Shown here: piece after piece, positions 1 through 11,821 of the stretch | Layout of the letters: each line of letters starts with the position of its first letter | Position numbering within the stretch: position 1 is the stretch's first letter | Assembly: GCA_023920165.1 (NCBI GenBank) | Contig: CP089276.1 | Span: 1,984,001-2,048,000, forward strand | Reading direction: 5' to 3' | Source of the DNA: Curvularia clavata | Lineage: Eukaryota | Length of the DNA: 64,000 nt | Made by a program: the position numbers and the translations under genes | The notes under the pieces: generated by a model | What the model saw: only the letters and a program-made list of their open reading frames with translations | The model's database searches: none | What the model was told of the DNA's origin: nothing

Positions 1-326
1 CCGGCTTTATATTTTCTACACAAAGGCTAGGTTAGCAATATTAGTTGGCGTGGCAGGATAGTCTGCTCTGAGCTTTGTATTAAAAACCACTACTATTTGC
101 GCGGATAGGTCGTTAGCATTGTTGTATCGCCAATAGTGCCTATGTATCAATACTAGATTAAGCATGTTTGTCATTGGGATAATCGGCTCTAAGCTTCGTC
201 TTACTTGTCTCTATTATCTACACAAATAGCTTCTTAGCGTTGTTCCACCGCCCTTGGCCCAAAGACTACATCGAGCAGCCGCTCCAGTACTGTGGCACGT
301 GGCCTCTACTATAGCTCTATACGTAC

Positions 327-1433
327 TTATCTCCTCCCGAACACAGCCCCGTGAACTCCACCGTTGATGACTCCAGCTTGTTGGCCCGAGTTCTGACTAC
401 CAAATGTAACGTTCATTGCATGCGTTGCAGGTTGATGCGAAGACACATTCGCACTTTTCTCCCGGTCTTCCACTTGTACAGCAGGAATTGTTGACAACAG
501 CCCCTTCGCATACGCAGCGGCAGTTGCCGCCGCATAGTTCTGCCAACCCTTGTTCTTGTGAGAGTCTGCATAGTCACAGATGCCTCGGATGACCACACAC
601 GGGTGTTCTTCCATAACACCGGCAGCTTCCATCTCAAAGCAGATTGCTTCATGCTCGAGATGGACCCTGTTGCGTTCCACGGCAGATATCTGTAGCTGAT
701 TGCTCGAGGCGATATTGCCAAAATGGACAGACGGCTCATCAGTCGGTCGTGTGGCAGACTCCCCGCGTTCAAAACGCGAAATAGTGTAGTCTGCGTCGCA
801 GCAATCTTTGCAATCGTCAAGCTCAGTGCCTTGGTGCTGGTAGCCGTCCTCGAAGAGCCTGTCGCGAATGGGGCCTGGGTCATCGTACTGGCCTTGTCGC
901 TTCTCGTCGAGCTTAAGACGCATCTGCTTCAACGTATCGCAGATATTAATCTTAGACCACCCTTCCGATCGAAAATTGTTAACAGCGACCAGAAGATCAC
1001 CAGGAACGCCGTTAGTGTGTCCACGAAACTTGAGGCATCCTTGACCCTGCCAAGCGCCCTTGTCGTATTGCAACACCCCACCGTGGTTACCCCGCGGATA
1101 ACTGACGACTACGTCTCCTAGCACAATCTCCGAGGCAGCCCCAGCTGGTCCATAGCGAGGCACGCCGCCAGCGATACCGACGAGGAAGAAGTACTTAATA
1201 TTTGGAAATCCATCGCGCATTTTCTCAGCAAGAATTGCGGCTTGGCTGAGCCCGATTCGCCGCTGCACCCCCATGACGACCTTGTGCACTCCGATTCGGC
1301 CGCCTAAATAGAAAACGCCCTTGTGTTGGACCTCGTCCTGGGGATACTCCTCATCAAACACAAGTCGTGCAGCTTCCTTTTCTAAAGGCAAGGGGGAGAT
1401 CCACCCGATGGTGAAGTGATGATTCGAGGCCAT
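327..1433 (-). CDS. PNP_UDP_1 (purine/uridine nucleoside phosphorylase-like) effector protein with C-terminal amyloid signalling motif
   Basis: Single-exon 368-aa ORF with the fungal PNP_UDP motifs FTIGWISPLPLE, LVGIAGG, LGDVVV, FEMEAAG and IRGICDYADSHKNKGWQNYAAATAAAYAK; C-terminal tail VTFGSQNSGQQAGVINGGV. Confidence 0.9.
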   Translation of the reverse strand: MASNHHFTIGWISPLPLEKEAARLVFDEEYPQDEVQHKGVFYLGGRIGVHKVVMGVQRRIGLSQAAILAEKMRDGFPNIKYFFLVGIAGGVPRYGPAGAASEIVLGDVVVSYPRGNHGGVLQYDKGAWQGQGCLKFRGHTNGVPGDLLVAVNNFRSEGWSKINICDTLKQMRLKLDEKRQGQYDDPGPIRDRLFEDGYQHQGTELDDCKDCCDADYTISRFERGESATRPTDEPSVHFGNIASSNQLQISAVERNRVHLEHEAICFEMEAAGVMEEHPCVVIRGICDYADSHKNKGWQNYAAATAAAYAKGLLSTIPAVQVEDREKSANVSSHQPATHAMNVTFGSQNSGQQAGVINGGVHGAVFGRR

Positions 1434-1753
1434 GCTGCAAAAAGAAAAATCTCAATGATGGCTCCAAAGACGGTTGCAAAACTTGGGTGTTTGTGGTAGG
1501 TAGGAGATGTAAGAAAGTTATAGGCAGCAGTGCAGATAAAGAGCAGCGCTCAGCCTTGTCACTCAGCCTCGTCGCAGCCATCAATCAGGTTTTTCGTGAC
1601 AAGCTTGGCCTTTGATCATGATCAACGATTTGTGGAAATAACGGCATATGCTCATAAACAGCGTTAGGATTAGTGAATCGAGCAAGCTAGATAGCACTGT
1701 ATCTACATTTTCCGCCCACTAATTTACTACTAGACGATATCACGCTTGTTGCA

Positions 1754-3001
1754 CTATCGCACACTAGAGAATACACCAGTTTTCAACTTCGAGAGAGTTA
1801 TACGCCTAGCCCAACGATTCTTCCACAGCCACATAACAACCATCACAACGGCCATAGGGGCTGTGAAGGCCCAGTAAACCCAGAAATGGTGTGACACAGT
1901 AAACGACGAACTTCCTATGTCTCCACTGGGCTCAAAAGAAAAGAAGCTCATCCCAAAAACCGTCTTCAATCCAGCCATTAGCCAGGTATTGTATCAAATT
2001 AGAACGAATAACTCACAGAAACAAAGGTAGCTGGCAGAAAGGTCATCGTGACCACAGCAATCGCTTTCATCGCCGAAGCTTCGCTCGTCGCTTAAGATCG
2101 TTCAGCCAGCCCATCCTGAAATCGCAGCTGGAACTCGAGATGTTCTCCGACTGTGTCTCAGCGTCTACGCTTTTCATGTTGCCGAAAAGGTCAATCTCCA
2201 CTCTAGATATCTCATGGCGCTGTCGAATTGAGCTGAGCGATCGTGCTGCCACCTTCAAAGTCTCGTTCACATGCACGCCATGTCTTGCGATCTCGTGTAA
2301 GAGAACTTAGTCAGTCTCTTGCGTCGTCCTCTGCCTTTGCGTAAGCGCTGATGCCATTAGCCACTAGATATTTCTACTTGTAACTTACAGCTTCCTATCC
2401 GCTGATATGGTTCCTGGTAGACCAGACCGAGTCATCGTACAGCCGAAGCAGCTCAGAAACATGTGGCGTGAACGTTCTCTTTGGCCTTAGCTCGTCGTAC
2501 GTATGCTTGGTGGTAAAGCGAGACCAGAAGGCTAACACAAAACCTCCCATAAGTCCCTTAAATGCTGCTCAGCGCTGGGTTTACGTGCTGTAGCACTTCA
2601 CTTTCTCATTGTCGTCAAGCCAGAGGCTATGTCCAATAAAGCCATTGGACTGAACATACACCCTGTCGAACAATGTTGGAGGGATCTTTAGCTGGCGTTC
2701 TATCCCTTCTCGAAGCCTTGGAGAGGCGTCGAAGTAGCCTTAGCGGACATGAAACCGCGTGTCGTCAGACTGTGCTCCAAGCTGTGGCTGAAGCGACTCA
2801 CGTCACTTGGATTTCGGCAGAGTTGAGCTCCTACTTCGTGGCGAGAAGCAGATCTTTGAGGTGGATGTTCTTTGCACCTTCAAAACATCGTCCCATGTCC
2901 TTTCGTGTCGCTTGCACAAATTCGCTGTGATGTCTAGACGATAAGCACCTGCCTCGATGCTTGCAGTACAGAGCGCTTGCCTAGTTTAATGACTTCACCA
3001 T
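1754..3001 (-). pseudogene. Degraded fungal CorA-like (Mg2+ transporter-type C-terminal TM) gene
   Basis: Minus strand reads MKAIAVVTMTFLPATFVS|GTGAGT intron|...VFGMSFF...FWVYWAFTAPMAVVMVVMWLW (CorA-like TM1, GMxF loop, TM2); upstream parts are broken by stops and frameshifts; 5' end approximate. Confidence 0.6.
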
Positions 3002-3251
3002 TGTTGATTTTGTTCGTCGTCATTTTGAAGTGTGCCAAAACGGTTATGGAGCCGTTGCTTCGAGTTCCCATCTAAGTATTTAGAGATTAGAAGCAAGTCG
3101 CGAGGCAGTGACGGAGGTGGCTGGAAAGACAACCTTTCCGAACATCAGAAGGCCACGTCCAACCAAGCCTGCCAGGCTGAAGCCCAGCCAAGGCTTCACC
3201 ACAAACATCAGCAACGACTAACGCACGACTGTACAGTATCATCACGCTCTC

Positions 3252-6119
3252 ATGGCCTCCGCTACCTCGTTTGGCGACGCTAACGCCGGTCTCCAAGCGG
3301 GTATCATCAACGGCCCGGTAAGCGCTGCGTTCCAGCTGCCACCTGGTGAGTTGCAGCACTGCCCTAGATGTGCCAGCGTTACTAACAGACCGCTTCAAGA
3401 GCGACGCGAGACTCCACCACCCCCATCAATCGTGATACCCTTCCGCCGCGACGCCGATTTTATCGAGCGAGGCACAATACTCGACCGGGTCGAGCAAATA
3501 TGCGCGGCAACAGACGGGCGGGCTGCGCTCGTCGGTCTTGGCGGCGTAGGGTAAGTTAGAGGCAGCTTAGCCGGTAGTATATGCTAAATGTAGAAAAGCA
3601 AATCGCAACTTGCCATTGAGTATGCCTACCGCACGCGCGAGCGATCGCCTGAGACGTGGGTGTTCTGGGTGTACGCTAGCAATGCCGTGCGATTTGAACA
3701 GAGCTACCGCGAAATTGCCAACCGTGTGAAGCTTACTGGCCGTGAGGACCCGCAAACCAATATATTTGAGCTAGTCTACAACTGGTTGTGCAGTACTAAA
3801 CAACAGTGGCTGTTGGTGCTAGATAACATCGATGATTCTCGTTTTCTTCTAGACCACGGCACTGCGAACCCAACAACCGTATCCAAACCGCTGCGCGACT
3901 ACCTTCAATACGGCGACCGTGGCTCAATTCTCGTTACAACCCGGAACAAAGAGACGGCGCTAGAGCTAGTTGAACAGCGTAACGTCATTATGGTCGAGCC
4001 GCTGGACAAAGCGAGCGCAGTCGCGCTCCTCAGAAAGAAGCTGGGAGTGCAAAGCAATCAACAAGACAACAAGAGCGACGTTGCCGAGCTCGCCGCAGCG
4101 CTCGAATGCATGCCACTCGCCATTGTTCAGGCCGCAGCATACATCTCACAAAGAGCACCTCGATGCTCTGTGGAACAGTACTTAGAAGAATTCCAGCGCA
4201 GTGAACACGAGGAAACAAGCCTCCTAGACTACGAAGCAGGACAGATCCGAAGAGATAAAGAAGCGAAGAACTCAATCATCGTTACTTGGCAGATATCGTT
4301 CGAACATCTACGGCAGATCAGGTCTTCAGCAACCGACCTGCTTTCTTTTATGAGCTTCTGTGATCGGCAAGGGATTCCTGAGGCGCTAATCCGCTGCGAG
4401 GACGGTGGAGAAACCGACGCATCATCAAACATCAGCAAGCGTTCTATGGTTCGACACCTCAAGTGGTTGCGCCGCTCTCGAAGAGGGGAGTCAAAAGATC
4501 AACAAGACCATAAGAAGCACGTCAATGATTCCAGGACGTTTGATGATGATATACTAGCGCTGCGCAACTTTTGCTTTATTTCTGTTGATGGGGATGGTGA
4601 AAACTTTGAGATGCACGCGCTTGTACAGCTAGCAACCCGTAGGTGGTTGGCGGCGAACGGAGAGCTTGAGCGGTGGAAGCAGAAGTTTATCAGTAATCTT
4701 AGCGCGGCGTTTCCAACGGGAGCATACGAGAACTGGGCAGCCTGTCAGACACTCTTTGTGCACGCTAAATCAGCTGCTACACTAGAACCAGAAGCCAAGT
4801 CTTCACAGATAGAGTGGGCCACGCTGCTATACAACGCAGCTTGGTACGCATGGCAGAAAGGAAGCGTAGTTGATTGCGAGAATCTAGCAGTAAATTCGAT
4901 GAACGTACGACGAAAGTTGCTAGGAAGTGAGCACAAAGATACGCTAAGTAGCATGGGAATGGTAGGACTAGCATATATTTTAGGTGGTCGTTGGCGGGAG
5001 GCAGCAGAGATTGGAGCAGAAAAGATGGTCATAAGTATGAGGACTTTAGGATTAGACCATCTCAACACGCTAACGGCTATGCATAATCTGGCGTTTGCGT
5101 ACTGGAGTCAAGGGCGCTGGGATGAGGCAGAGAATCTATACAAACAAGTGTTAGAGATGCGCAAGACGAAGCTTAGCGCGGACCATCCAGATACGCTAAA
5201 TAGCATGGACTGCCTAGCATCAACATACAGAAGTCAAGGCCGGTGGAAGGATGCAGAAGATTTAGAAGTAGAGGTTTTAGAGACGAGCAAGAAAAAGCTT
5301 GGAGTAGATCATCCTTCTACGCTGGCTAGCATGTCTAGCCTGGCTTCGACATACTTGCACCAAGGGCGCTTGTATGAGGCGGAGGATCTATACAAACAAG
5401 CGTTGGAGATGGACAAGACAAAACTTGGAGCAGAGCATCCTTACACACTGACCAGTATGGCCGGCCTGGCCTCGACATATAGAAGTCAGGGCCGGTGGAA
5501 AGATGCAGAAGAGCTAGAGGTGGAGGTGTTAGGAACAAACAAGATAAAGTTGGGAGCAGATCATCCTTCTACGCTGACTGTTATGAACAATCTGGCATTG
5601 ACGTACTGGAACCAGAAGCGCTGGGATGAGGCCGAGGATCTGCAAGTGCAAGCGTTAGAGATGCGCAAGATGAAGCTTGGAGCGGACCACCCAGATACGC
5701 TGACTAGTATGAGTAGTTTGGCGTCGACATATAGAGAGCAAGGGCGATGGGACGAGGCCGAGATACTGTTTATGCAGGTGATAGAGACAAGCAAGGCGAA
5801 ACTCAGAGCAGACCATCCCTCTACGCTAACTAGCATGCGCAACCTAGCGTCGACATATATGGAGCAAGGCCGGTGGGACGAGGCTGAGACGCTATTCGTG
5901 CAGGTAATGGAGACGAGCAAGACGAAGCTTGGAGCAGACCATCCCACTACGCTATTCAGCATGCATAGCCTAGCTTTTACATGGAAAGCACAAGGTCGGA
6001 TAGCAGATGCTATAGCTCTAATGAGCCAGTGTTTGCAGCAGCGTCAGCGAGTGCTAAAAGCTAGCCATCCTGATGTTCAGTCTTCTTTAGCAGCTATAGA
6101 ACAGTGGGAAGCCGAGTAG
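3252..6119 (+). CDS. Fungal NLR (STAND): N-terminal amyloid motif, NB-ARC-type NTPase, TPR repeats; exons 3252-3345, 3400-3550, 3599-6119
   Basis: Spliced Walker A GLGGVG|KSQLAIEY, Walker B WLLVLDNIDD, GSILVTTRN, LPLAIVQAAAYI-like motif, MHALVQ, then about 8 repeats of LGADHPxTLxSMxxLAxTYxxQGRWxxAE; introns GTGAGT..AAG and GTAAGT..AAG restore the frame. Confidence 0.92.
5040..6000 (+). repeat. Array of ~126-bp (42-aa) TPR-coding repeats within the NLR
   Basis: Recurring GACCATCC/GATCATCC...ACGCT...AGCATG...CAAGG.CG.TGG units at ~126-nt spacing. Confidence 0.85.
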
Positions 6120-6702
6120 CTTAGTGCTGGTTTTCCACATATGCTAGATAGCTTGCTACCTAGCAAGAATAAAATGTAGAACTAGCAATCTATGTGGTAG
6201 TCTAGCTTTGTGCTGTGTATCTAGCTTAATGTGTTGCATTAGACCTGTTTTACATACGAACGTGGGTTATGATTGTGAGCTAGCTAGTTATCATATCTTA
6301 TTTCTCTATGATTGGCGGAGACTAGCAAGGGGAACCCTAGGTTGACAGGGGTCTTTTCAAATCGTTAGTTGCATAAAGGATGAGGGCCGTTTTGCAGCTT
6401 ACTGTAGTGATCGATAGTGTGCTGTGATTCAGTGAGGATAGTTAGAGTCAAAACTGGTACGGAACTTGGTAGAACAGCAACAACCTCTCTGATAGGCTGA
6501 ATATAAGGCATCTATCGATAGGAAGAAAACTCTGAATTCATCGAACCATGGTTACGATAGCGCAAGGCAGCAGGGCAGTGCACAAGTGCTATAAGTACCT
6601 TGCTCTTGTGAGCCCTGTGAGCTTAGTCTCCAACACTCTTGACTGTAACTCCAATAGCACGTACTTCTTCAAACAAGTCTAGTTACAACCCCGTATACCG
6701 AG

Positions 6703-7617
6703 ATGGATCCAGGATATGTCTCGTTCGAGGAGAATTTTGCTAGGCGACTACCACTGGAGCTCAAGCAAATGGTTTTCAAGTGGGCGGTAGTGGGCAACAG
6801 TAACGACATCGAGATCAATTTTGACAATATCGTATCTCCTGAGCCATCATCAGCTTTGGGATTTCTAGCAAAGCTGAAGGTGTCATATCCATGCGATGTC
6901 TACAATGAAGCGATACAATATTTGGCGAAGCCGATGTTTCGGTGGGTGTTTACAAGTGACTCAGAGCCGCATCGTTACCTCCTCAAGGTTTTCCACAAAC
7001 AAGCCCCCTCAGAGCTCCGAGAACAAATCCAGCACGTCTACTTACGGCGGATGAGGGTGGCGAGTCTCGTCAACTCAATGGAATTCCCTATAAACACACC
7101 GGATCGTTGGGATCTCAAATTGCCCAACCGGTCTGATTACTCTGAGTACCTTCAACGCATCGTCGGCAAGAAAAGATATCGATCTTTGCCAGACTTTGTC
7201 TCACCAATCCTCTCCGATTTTAAACTCGGCATGACCTTATTACCACGAACACTGCCATTCATCACCAAACTTGAGATTGGTCTCGATCTTTACGATTGTG
7301 CATTCCTGAACTGTATACACCATCCCTTCATTGACAGTTGGTCTAAGCGTGATGTAACTTTCCCACATGCACAATTGGAAATCTTTGACTACATTCTGCC
7401 GCTCAAAAGCTTCAAAAATATCTCAGAAGTCGACATTCGAGTCCTCTGGGGTGATTATTTTGGGCAAGGCAATGCCATTCATGGCGAAGAAGAAAAAAAC
7501 GTGAAACAGGAAATGCAAGAGTCCTTTGTGCATTTCCTTCGTGAGGTTGTCCCCGCAAAGTGCATCACTAGCCATGATGGGGACAAGATCCCGATGCATT
7601 CACCCAGCAAACGTTGA
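6703..7617 (+). CDS. Hypothetical protein with N-terminal F-box-like motif (RLPLELKQMVFKWAV)
   Basis: 304-aa ORF, TATA-like TATAAG at ~6590; no other recognisable domain. Confidence 0.6.
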   Translation: MDPGYVSFEENFARRLPLELKQMVFKWAVVGNSNDIEINFDNIVSPEPSSALGFLAKLKVSYPCDVYNEAIQYLAKPMFRWVFTSDSEPHRYLLKVFHKQAPSELREQIQHVYLRRMRVASLVNSMEFPINTPDRWDLKLPNRSDYSEYLQRIVGKKRYRSLPDFVSPILSDFKLGMTLLPRTLPFITKLEIGLDLYDCAFLNCIHHPFIDSWSKRDVTFPHAQLEIFDYILPLKSFKNISEVDIRVLWGDYFGQGNAIHGEEEKNVKQEMQESFVHFLREVVPAKCITSHDGDKIPMHSPSKR

Positions 7618-8043
7618 TTTTCACAATCGCAGAACTAATGGGCAGATGCAAACGGGAGTGGTTTGAATCCGTTTGTATGTGGTGATAGACTGACTCTGCT
7701 CACAGACGTGGTGAACGCCTGGCTGCTTGGACATCGCCCGTTGTACTTCAGCTTTTATTTTCAGACATTGTAAATTAGAGTATAGCTTGAGTTTGAGAGA
7801 CAGCAATCAAACCAAATAGCTGATAAATAACCTTCTGCCACTGCTGTATTGCTTTCTCTTTCACATGTTCCCTCACTTTGTATCAAACGCATGGAGCCGC
7901 GCTAGCATGCTCGATATATGGTGAAAGGCCTTCCGTTTGTCCTGCAATCTTATAAAGTCAATTCTTCCTCCCTCTTCCTCCCTGTCTCCCTCGGGCCATT
8001 CTGAGCCGCAACCTTCCATTAACAAATCACTTTGAACATTACC

Positions 8044-8923
8044 ATGGCTCCCCGAAAGCCTGCTGTCGAGGGCAAGGCTTCGAATACAAAGAAGGCTACT
8101 GCTGCCAAGAAAAGCAACGACGAGGTTGTCAAACGCGGCAAACGCGGATACCGGAAGTTCGGAAACGGCTTACTGAACGTAAAGCCCAAGGGTCCTGAGA
8201 TACAACTGTGGGTATATCAGGATTGTACTTTGTAAGAAGAGACTAACGTACGTCAGTGTCAAAGCGAATCAGCAGTCGCCCCTTCTACGTCTACCACCCG
8301 AGGTAAGTGTTGATTATCCCTTGTGCATGGAACGAATGTTGACTTTTCAGATCCGTAACATCATATGGGGACTTTTACTTGGTGGAAGAGTGCTGAGGCA
8401 CATGTTCGGGGCATCCGAGTCGTTTGGAAGTTTGCGCAACCACCATCTCGAGGTCCCGCTTCTGCGAGTATGCCGTCAGGTATACGCGGAAACTGCCTTG
8501 ATCCCACTTAAACAAAACCTTTTCTCTTTCCATCGGGAAACTGGGTTGAGAACTTGCTACAGGATGCTCAAGAGACATCTGTTTAACCATATTACTTCCG
8601 TTCAGTTTGAGCTCTCGATTACCCCCGGTGTCAACGTAGAAACAGCCTGTACTATTCTGTACGAAAGGATGTGCAAAATGCTCCAGCAACAATTTCCGGT
8701 TGGGTTGAAGGTGCTCACTGCGCGCATATTTTCCTGTGCTCTCGTCGATCGAGTCATCGAGGAAATAGGTGTAGATCATGTCCGCAAGGCGATCGAACAT
8801 GCTGCACCTGATATGTGCGTTAAAGTACGAGTTGAAGTCGCGGGGATGTCCTGGGGGGAATTCGACCCGAAGTACGCACTAAACACGATATACCAACATC
8901 AGTACATGCTAACACTAATATAG
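8044..8923 (+). CDS. Hypothetical DUF7730/F-box-like protein (3 exons)
   Basis: MAPRKP...GLLNVKPK|intron|NQQSPLLRLPPE|intron|IRNIIWGLLLGG...LLRVCRQVYAETALIP; TATAAA at ~7951. Confidence 0.7.
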
Positions 8924-9354
8924 TTATACCAGAAATTTCCCCTCACGATGGGAATCACTGTCACCCTAAGTGGTCCCATGTACGGAATGGTCAGCAAAAC
9001 GGACAGAATCTATCCAATATTCCGAGAAGTGGTGCTTTTATGCTCACTGGCCACATTGAGTAGCATATGAAACTGAGATGAGGTTTCCGATGGAGTTTTG
9101 AGCATAGTGGAAACCAGAGAAAATTATGAGCAAGCAACGACATAATACCGTGCAGAGGATTGATGTGGGCACGGAGTGAGTGCTGTAATCAATAAGCTAG
9201 CACGTAAATCTGAAATAGAAACCCAAGTCCACACTGCACACAACGAGCCAGGTACCTAGTCTTTGTGATTGCACAATTGCATGATTAGCGAGCAGGTACA
9301 GATGAAAGAGGCTTAAATCAACTTTTATGTACCGATAGACCACCTGCCAGACCT

Positions 9355-10111
9355 TTATTCAAAAACAAAGTTGATGCCTTCATTCTTTTCTTTAAACATT
9401 CTCATGATCTTCTTCTGCATTCGCTGTTCGACCGCTTTGGGGATGCCGGCCTTGTGAGTCAAAGATAAAACGACATGACCGCGATTAGATATCTCTGGAA
9501 GTACCAGCGGCTTGTCGAACTTAAACGACTCACAATGGATTTTGTTTATCAGGAAGCCCATTCCACTGGAAAGCTGCAATTTCAGACGGATCCACTTGAT
9601 ACTCTGAGCGCGAGCGGAGTGTAAGCTCTCAGCCCATTCTTCAAGCACGTAAAGGCGCGAAGCTGAGAAGGTGTTCGTACTGAATGGCAGCAACGCTGTC
9701 TCGGCATATATCTGGCGACAGACTTGCAGCAAGGCCAATGCGTGCTTGTACTTCGTTACGTTCTTAATATACCAGGGGTAATTCCCTGTTGTCTTAAATC
9801 TAAAAGTCCTGCCGCCAAGTGCATACGCGAAGATTTTGTTGCGCAGCTCCGCAGGTAGGCGTAGCAAAGGCGATTGCTGCTGATTCTGTCGTGCCCTGGT
9901 ATACACTTAGTGAATACATTCAAGACTAACAGACCACATCGACTCACATCTTGAAGTACTTGCCCGCCTTTCTCTCAATGTTTAACAGACCGTCTTCGTA
10001 GAATCTCACTTTTTCGTACCGACGCTTGACCACGCCTGCTCCGGTTGAAGCTGTCGACTTGTTCGGAGACGTCGCCTTGTCGTTCATGTCATGAGGCTTT
10101 CGAGGTGCCAT
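9355..10111 (-). CDS. Hypothetical DUF7730/F-box-like protein, paralogue of 8044-8923 (2 exons)
   Basis: MAPRKP...DGLLNIERK|GTGAGT..CAG intron|NQQQSPLLRLPAELRNKIFAYALGG...LLQVCRQIYAETALLP. Confidence 0.72.
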
Positions 10112-10893
10112 GATGTTGAGAATAAAGAAGGTTGTAGGAGTAAGAAGGTTGTGGGAGGAGTAAGGAAGGAGACTTGGATGGAGCTCGGGGCTGATATAGG
10201 GGCGAGTCTGACGCTACCCAGCAGCCAGGTAAAGGCCGCTCGAGGAGTGAGAGAGTGATGAACAAGTAACTGCAATTCTGATTCTCAGAAGTGAGGCCAA
10301 AAGCACATTTACGGTATGGTAATTTGGTTTGGAAAGGAAAGGAAATGGAGACATCATTAGAATCAGAAGTTCACTCGCACAGATGTAAAAAAGCTAATAT
10401 TCCGAAGCCCGAACATGGGCTAGAGTACGTTGAATAATTGGTTTACTTAAGCCACAGTCTAGCTCGAGCGCAGGTAATAGAAGCACAGGTTCACACTATG
10501 CACGACGAGGCTGGCACCTAATTTGTTTGTCAGTACATTATTACAAATGACAAAATCAGTAGCTAACGTGGCCAAGACGTGCTCAGAGAGAAGATTTTAA
10601 ACTCGTCATTGACAGTACTAGACGAGTCAAGAGATCAGGCTGCAAGCAGTCTTTCACTCTCGTCTCAAGCCTAGCGCCATCTCCGCCTAAGGATGACGAT
10701 AACGAAGTTTTCATCATTGCACATGAAGTTGAGTAAAATGGTAGACTTACAAGTGATTGCTCATGCATCGACTACGAGATTGCTTTTTTGTGTAGCAAGG
10801 GTGCTGCCCAAAGCAAATTGCCGTGATGAACGACGAAGCAGGATGTGAATGCCTTCTGTTGATAAGCATACACAACTGCTAGAGCCATCTGTT

Positions 10894-11574
10894 TCAATAT
10901 TCGAGATCAAGGGTATCATCCTTCTGCACGTCTGGACCGTTCGCCTGATGCCAAGGATCCCACTCATCGCTCTCCTCATCACTGTAGTCACTGCCTGCAC
11001 CATTGCGACCACTCCTTCGTCTCGGTAGCCCCTTCTGCAATCTCACTTCCTTTCTCCTCTTCGCATATCTATCCCTCTTCCTCTTAGCCTTGGCTTTGCT
11101 CTTCGCGCTAGTTGCAGCCCACTGCTGCTTGTTCTCTGGTTCATTAGGTTGAGCCTGCTGTGTACCATCCGTGGTATGCGAAGAACCCTCTTGTGCTGGA
11201 CTGGCAACATCAACGGACGAATTTGCAGCAGTGGACCTGGACTCGGAAGGCTCTCCATTCTCCTTTTTCAGGCGTCGCTGGCGGAGGATGGCCTGTATTT
11301 CCGAGTGTCGGAACATGGCAATTTGCTCGTCGGTCAGGGTGCGTTTGGTGCCATCGGGGTAGTAGCCAAGCCCATCGTCCTCTTCGTCGTAATACTCTTC
11401 GGCTGTTTCGGGCTCGCGATTCACACCATAGAGAACATGCTCTGGCGTTGGCGCGTGAGGAAAATGCTGCGCGTGAAAAGCAAGGAGATCGTCCTGGTAC
11501 TGTCAGTACCATCTCACAAACTTTCGGAAATTTAATGCACTTACAACTGTGACTGTTGGAATTTGTAGCGACAT
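10894..11574 (-). CDS. Conserved fungal protein, DUF3807-like
   Basis: Exon 1 MSLQIPTVTV|GTAAGT, exon 2 DDLLAFHAQHF...DDGLGYYPDGTKRTLTDEQIAMFRHSEIQ. Confidence 0.75.
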
Positions 11575-11821
11575 GGCTCTGCGATTTCTTTGAAAGGTAC
11601 GAGCCGATCAGCGACGCGCTCAAAGGCGCGGAATTTCACGTTGCCGAAGTCATGAGTGTAGGAAGAAAGAAACGGGTCCCAAGCTCGAAAAGGCGCCTGG
11701 CGATCATTCGCGCGATCACGAGGTCTTGGCTTCACCGCGGCATGACGTGTGTGCCGCCCATGCCAACCGCCGCGCTCACGACAACTCCAACGACACCCTA
11801 ATGCACTCCACTTGAGCCACC

